Source: Armatimonadota bacterium
GTDB lineage: Bacteria > Armatimonadota > UBA5829 > DSUL01
Assembly (NCBI GenBank): GCA_039811685.1
Contig: JBDHZC010000004.1
Location: 267,104-331,103, forward strand
Direction of reading: 5' to 3'
DNA length: 64,000 nucleotides
The position numbers and the translations under genes were made by a program. Shown in pieces: positions 61,402-64,000 of the stretch (the stretch's first letter is position 1; each line of letters starts with the position of its first letter). A model generated the notes under the pieces. The model was given only the letters and a program-made list of their open reading frames with translations. It was not told the origin of the DNA and did not search any database.

Positions 61402-64000
61402 TCACTCGGCGCAGCGGAAGTTGAAAGCCTCACCGAATCCCGCCCCGCGTGACGAGCGCATCCGCAGCGTCACCAGTTTGGACGCAGTGGCCAGGCGGCC
61501 CGTCACCATTACACTCTCATGCCGCCGGACATCCCACGGCAGAGGTATCTTCTGTTCATTCATCAAAAGCCACACATCGTCCTTCAGCCATCGTGCCTGG
61601 GCAAGATTCCGCAAGCCGACGCGCACTTCCAGACCGGCTGCTTTGCAGGAAACAATTTCCCCCGCTCGCAGCGCGCGCCAGCTTCCTCCGGGCGGCCGCA
61701 CTTCTACTGAGTCAATCCAGGCGTCCAGATATTTTAGTGGCTTGTCCGGGCCATAGGCGGTATTCCCAACCGCCGTCAGAGGACAGTTCGCACTGGTTGT
61801 GCCTTGCCCGGCGTCTGTCAATCCGGGCCGCTTTCCCGCGCTCAGGAGCTTCCAGAACTCCTCCCGGACACTGTCGTAGATGCCCCCGACCCCGTCCGGA
61901 TGCCTGTCACGATCCACTTCCAGCAGGGCATCCGGTTGCGGCGCGCCGGGTCCGTCAAGAAATCGGGGCCCCCACATTCGGATTGCGCGGGTGGCCGGCC
62001 GGTCGCTTCCATCCGGATTGATAATCCCGTAGTCGCTGTTTTCTCCACTTCTGAACCCGCCGGGATACCACCAGAAGAACACACCATCCGCTCCGCTTTC
62101 CACAAGCATCCGATAGAAGTCCGCAAAGTAGCGCCCCTGAAAATCCAGCCGGGCATCCGTGGAGCGTTTCCGGGCGCTCTCCCACGCTGATACGCCCGCC
62201 TCCGCCCAGACCACGGGAAGACCCGCTCCGCAGTAGCGCGCGTACTCAAACTCAAAGATTCCATGCTTCACCTTTTCCCAGTCGCCAATCCGCCCGTAAG
62301 CCTCCGGCTCCAGAATGTCCACCGCAGCCGCCAGATACGGCCAGTCGTACGGAATCCGTCCATCCCACCGGTAGGTCGGATTTCCCGCTTCCGCCATACG
62401 GAAGGAAACCAGATGGTTCGGGTCTACGCTACGCACCAGGGCACGGGCCGCAGAGTATTTCTGGTAGAGCAGGGTGTCCAGGAAGCGCCTGTACGCCGCC
62501 ACCATAATTCGCCAGTCCCCGTCTGTGTCTATCTGGAAAGGGAGAGGGTTGGTTACGTTTCCGCTGGAGTCGCGCGGGACCTGGTAGCCCCAGTCCCGTT
62601 CAGCATTCGCAACGCTTCCGTAGCGCTGGACCAGCCATGCCTCCCAGTCCCGGTCCCATACCACCCGATCCTCGTGTGTGTTGAACATTGGTTCCCAGGC
62701 CAGATCGTAGGCGAAGATCGTATCCTCATCCGCCAGATCGTAGTGCTGGATGATCTCTCCGATCTGGGGCCAGAGAAAGTTCATCGGCGTACCCGGGCGC
62801 AGCGACAGGTTGACCTTGAGCCCGTACTTGCGCGCAAGACGCAGGATGTCGCGCAGATTCTCGGCTTCCATCGAATCGCGATAGATAAAGATCGAGATCG
62901 CGTTCATTCCGAGGTCCCTGATGCGTCTGAGGTCATCCTCGACAATCGCGCTGTCGTAAGACCGGTCTCCCATCCATCCCTCGAAATAACGCGCCCACCA
63001 GGGATCGGAGGCGTTGACCGCGATTCCGGACGAGGGCATGTAGTTGACGCCGTTTACCCGCCAGCGCTTGCCATCAAGCTGAAAGTCTCCATTTCTTACA
63101 ATAATGAAATGCTTTTCATCCGGTGGCCGGTAGCTGTAGTAGCTCTGTCTGATGCGGTCTATCAGGTGCCCCTGATTGTCAGACAGGACAGCCTCGATCC
63201 GGTTTTCAGCCCGGTTGCCCTCCAGCTTCGGCAGCCGTGTGCTGATCTCTGTGATCTCTCCTGGGGCAAGTCTCAGGGTCCGAGTCAGCGCCTCCGACCC
63301 CGTACGGGAATCGTTCTCGGGTCTCCAGGTCAGGGAAGCCCGCACTTGCACAGTCTCCTTGCCAAGATTGGCAAAGCGCATCCCCGCCAGAGGCGCCTGT
63401 CCCGGCCTGTAAGTGTAAAACTCTGTGCCACCCTCTATCAGAAAGACGCCTCGCCGCATGCGCCGCAGGACGCTCTGGAGCAGTTCGAGAGTGTCCGATC
63501 TCGCGTACCAGCTCGCATCCTGAACTCCAATGGACGCCCAGATTCCACCCCTGTACGGCCCTCGGGCATGCGCCAGAATCACTCCCGGTGCCCCGCCTGA
63601 TGTGGAGAGAAAGGGACTCCAGCGCCAGTCACGGCCTTTTCTGAAACCCGTCTGGGGGCGTGGGTGGGGCGCCAGGACGGGGGCTCCGGGCAGCGCAACT
63701 GTCGCTGATCCGTCCTTCAACTTCTCCGCTGAAATGGGGTAGAACTTGTAGTCTGGCGAGAGAATCTCCAGATGCGCCGGTTCAAGGGAAGTGACCACCT
63801 GCGCATAGGCTCCCTCCGCAGGAGCAGTCCCCACATTCGCGACCCAGTACTCCTGAGGTCCTTCGGATATTCCCGTGTGGCTGAGAGCAAGTCCGAAGAC
63901 GATCCGGCCGGCATTTTGAGGCTGAAAGCTGTCGCCGGGGCCGCCCCGGTTTGGCGCGCTGTGCCAGTACTTGAAGTCTGAGGGCTTGAGCACATAGCGC
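61402..64000 (-). CDS. Large glycoside-hydrolase-like protein (clan GH-A-like TIM barrel), 5' end beyond the window
   Basis: The reading frame stays open to the window edge, so the track start at 63993 is only an in-frame GTG. Barrel-like segments are RIRDLGMNAISIFIYRD, FAYDLAWEPMF and PVVWAEAGVS. About 300 aa of unknown domain lie N-terminal to the barrel. Confidence 0.7.
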   Translation of the reverse strand, partial: RYVLKPSDFKYWHSAPNRGGPGDSFQPQNAGRIVFGLALSHTGISEGPQEYWVANVGTAPAEGAYAQVVTSLEPAHLEILSPDYKFYPISAEKLKDGSATVALPGAPVLAPHPRPQTGFRKGRDWRWSPFLSTSGGAPGVILAHARGPYRGGIWASIGVQDASWYARSDTLELLQSVLRRMRRGVFLIEGGTEFYTYRPGQAPLAGMRFANLGKETVQVRASLTWRPENDSRTGSEALTRTLRLAPGEITEISTRLPKLEGNRAENRIEAVLSDNQGHLIDRIRQSYYSYRPPDEKHFIIVRNGDFQLDGKRWRVNGVNYMPSSGIAVNASDPWWARYFEGWMGDRSYDSAIVEDDLRRIRDLGMNAISIFIYRDSMEAENLRDILRLARKYGLKVNLSLRPGTPMNFLWPQIGEIIQHYDLADEDTIFAYDLAWEPMFNTHEDRVVWDRDWEAWLVQRYGSVANAERDWGYQVPRDSSGNVTNPLPFQIDTDGDWRIMVAAYRRFLDTLLYQKYSAARALVRSVDPNHLVSFRMAEAGNPTYRWDGRIPYDWPYLAAAVDILEPEAYGRIGDWEKVKHGIFEFEYARYCGAGLPVVWAEAGVSAWESARKRSTDARLDFQGRYFADFYRMLVESGADGVFFWWYPGGFRSGENSDYGIINPDGSDRPATRAIRMWGPRFLDGPGAPQPDALLEVDRDRHPDGVGGIYDSVREEFWKLLSAGKRPGLTDAGQGTTSANCPLTAVGNTAYGPDKPLKYLDAWIDSVEVRPPGGSWRALRAGEIVSCKAAGLEVRVGLRNLAQARWLKDDVWLLMNEQKIPLPWDVRRHESVMVTGRLATASKLVTLRMRSSRGAGFGEAFNFRCAE

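Noticed and set aside
60127-63600. Long plus-strand ORFs (60127..61059, 310 aa; 62263..63600, 445 aa) antisense to the GH genes.
   Set aside because: They are shadow ORFs. The minus-strand products have a Tat signal and NEP/TEW catalytic motifs, while the antisense products are Val/Arg/Pro-rich without motifs.
1-64000. Scan for CRISPR arrays, tRNA/rRNA genes, IS elements, integrases and prophage genes.
   Set aside because: I saw no regularly spaced direct repeats, no tRNA-like T-arm/acceptor combinations in the intergenic regions, and no transposase, integrase or phage-structural-like ORFs. This was a by-eye scan only, so short or degenerate elements could have been missed.

Overview
This 64-kb window comes from a moderately GC-rich bacterial chromosome. 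I saw no rRNA, tRNA, CRISPR array, transposase or integrase. The first ~22 kb is mostly housekeeping. It holds an ABC-2 exporter operon whose permease runs off the left edge and is missing from the ORF track. It also holds a LOG-family gene, a sugar isomerase/oxidoreductase pair, ilvE, clpC-radA, nadC-birA-gpmA, a small TPR protein, and a RecQ helicase fused to a ComF-type phosphoribosyltransferase domain 6 nt upstream of dprA. From ~22.9 kb onward the window is dominated by glycan-active proteins: a GH13 amylase, a GH10 xylanase, a GH38 mannosidase, several clan GH-A-like TIM barrels, a GxGYxYP protein and an ADP-ribosylglycohydrolase-family protein. Among these lie two PEP-CTERM proteins, pseudopilin-like proteins (prepilin N-methylation motif plus H-X9-DG), a secreted cyclophilin and a LemA/DUF2207 pair. 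No obvious transcription factor or sugar transporter is visible in the glycan part. PEP-CTERM tails together with DUF1559-style pseudopilins suggest an Armatimonadota/PVC-like lineage, but this is inference only. The most interesting signals are: (1) a ~170-207-aa C-terminal module shared by four otherwise unrelated large secreted proteins, and a ~255-270-aa internal module present three times, centred on a GH13 / PEP-CTERM-CBM / non-catalytic repeat-protein locus (26.6-33.0 kb); (2) the RecQ-ComF fusion coupled to dprA; (3) a ~750-nt ORF-free, hairpin-rich region upstream of clpC that I could not assign to any known RNA class; (4) a secreted protein made of three pseudopilin head domains without the pilin helix; (5) an ARH-family gene ending a GH38-containing operon. 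All family assignments come from motif recognition by eye, and no database search was run.
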